Source: Candidatus Odinarchaeia archaeon (GTDB lineage: Archaea; Asgardarchaeota; Odinarchaeia; Odinarchaeales; Odinarchaeaceae). From it: a stretch of 6,321 nt of DNA. Below, piece after piece: positions 5,687 through 6,321 of the stretch. Made by a program: the position numbers and the translations under genes. Every line of letters starts with the position of its first letter. The stretch's first letter is position 1. The stretch lies in the NCBI GenBank assembly GCA_029856525.1, contig JAHQXC010000072.1, forward strand, positions 1 through 6,321, given 5' to 3'. A model generated the notes under the pieces. It was not told the DNA's origin. It did not search any database and saw only the letters and a program-made list of their open reading frames with translations.

Positions 5687-6321
5687 ATGGCTCAAACACC
5701 TAAAACTGAAGTTGAACCGGCTCCAATAGAGGAGATGGTAACCGGAAAACCCATAGTTATCGACAATGGAACCGGGCTGACTAAAAACGGTTACGCAGGA
5801 GAGGATAGACCGAGATCCGTGTTCCCGACAATAATCGGATATCCTAAATACACTTCTATTATGACGGATGTAGAGCACTATACACGTGAATACTACATCG
5901 GTGAAGAAGCTCTCGAGCTTCGCGGTGTATTAAAACTAGTATACCCTGTTGAGCATGGTATAATAAAAAGCTGGCCGGCTATGGAAAAAATATGGCATTA
6001 CACCTTCTACACTGATATGAGAATAGATCCTTCAGAGCACCCTATCCTATTAACAGAACCCCCCATGAATCCGAGAACAAACCGTGAGAAAATGGCTGAA
6101 ATAATGTTCGAAACCTTTAACGCGCCGGCGATATACGTGGCTATGCAAGCTGTTCTCTCATTATATGCATCCGGTCGAACTACAGGTCTTGTGATAGACT
6201 CCGGAGACGGTGTAACTCATGTAGTCCCCATATACGAGGGGTTCGCGCTCACTCACGCGATTACGAGAGTTGACTTAGGCGGCCGCGATATCACCGAGTA
6301 TCTGAGAAGACTCCTCAGACA
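5687..6321 (+). CDS. act: Asgard archaeal actin, Lokiactin-type (partial, 211 codons seen)
   Basis: Manual translation: [93 protein letters not shown]...[95 protein letters not shown]. It has both actin phosphate loops, the YPxEHG motif, a Q137-equivalent (MQAVLSLY) and an H161-equivalent. It is far closer to eukaryotic actin than to MreB or crenactin. An intronless, SD-led gene in a prokaryotic context points to Asgard archaea. Confidence 0.96.
   Translation, partial: MAQTPKTEVEPAPIEEMVTGKPIVIDNGTGLTKNGYAGEDRPRSVFPTIIGYPKYTSIMTDVEHYTREYYIGEEALELRGVLKLVYPVEHGIIKSWPAMEKIWHYTFYTDMRIDPSEHPILLTEPPMNPRTNREKMAEIMFETFNAPAIYVAMQAVLSLYASGRTTGLVIDSGDGVTHVVPIYEGFALTHAITRVDLGGRDITEYLRRLLR

Noticed and set aside
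5606-5878. 90-aa - strand ORF from the ORF track
   Set aside because: Antisense to the highly conserved actin 5' region and running into its promoter; shadow ORF.
5687-6321. Eukaryotic contaminant, crenactin or MreB
   Set aside because: SD-led, intronless and flanked by archaeal-type genes; [16 protein letters not shown] motifs and the D-loop fit Asgard actin rather than MreB or crenactin.

Overview
AT-rich archaeal window, most likely from an Asgard archaeon. The right edge holds the 5' part of a Lokiactin-type actin gene (5687..>6321, +; missed by the ORF track because it is truncated). Head-to-head with it, across 182 bp, is a gene for an N-terminal winged-HTH fused to a C-terminal CARF-like domain (4839..5504, -); no cas genes or CRISPR array are visible. 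Downstream on the - strand are two predicted cell-surface glycoprotein genes. One is a ~1055-aa type I membrane protein (1338..4505) whose signal peptide lies upstream of the ORF-track start and appears to begin at a non-canonical ATC. The other is a secreted protein (<1..890) that seems to share a DxDGD-containing domain with it. Between the CARF gene and the large surface gene is a 227-bp inverted-repeat-bounded, stem-rich element containing a pseudoknot with HDV-ribozyme-like topology. The main hypothesis is a ligand-sensing CARF transcription factor placed to regulate Asgard actin and/or surface proteins. All calls come from manual reading; no searches or folding programs were run.
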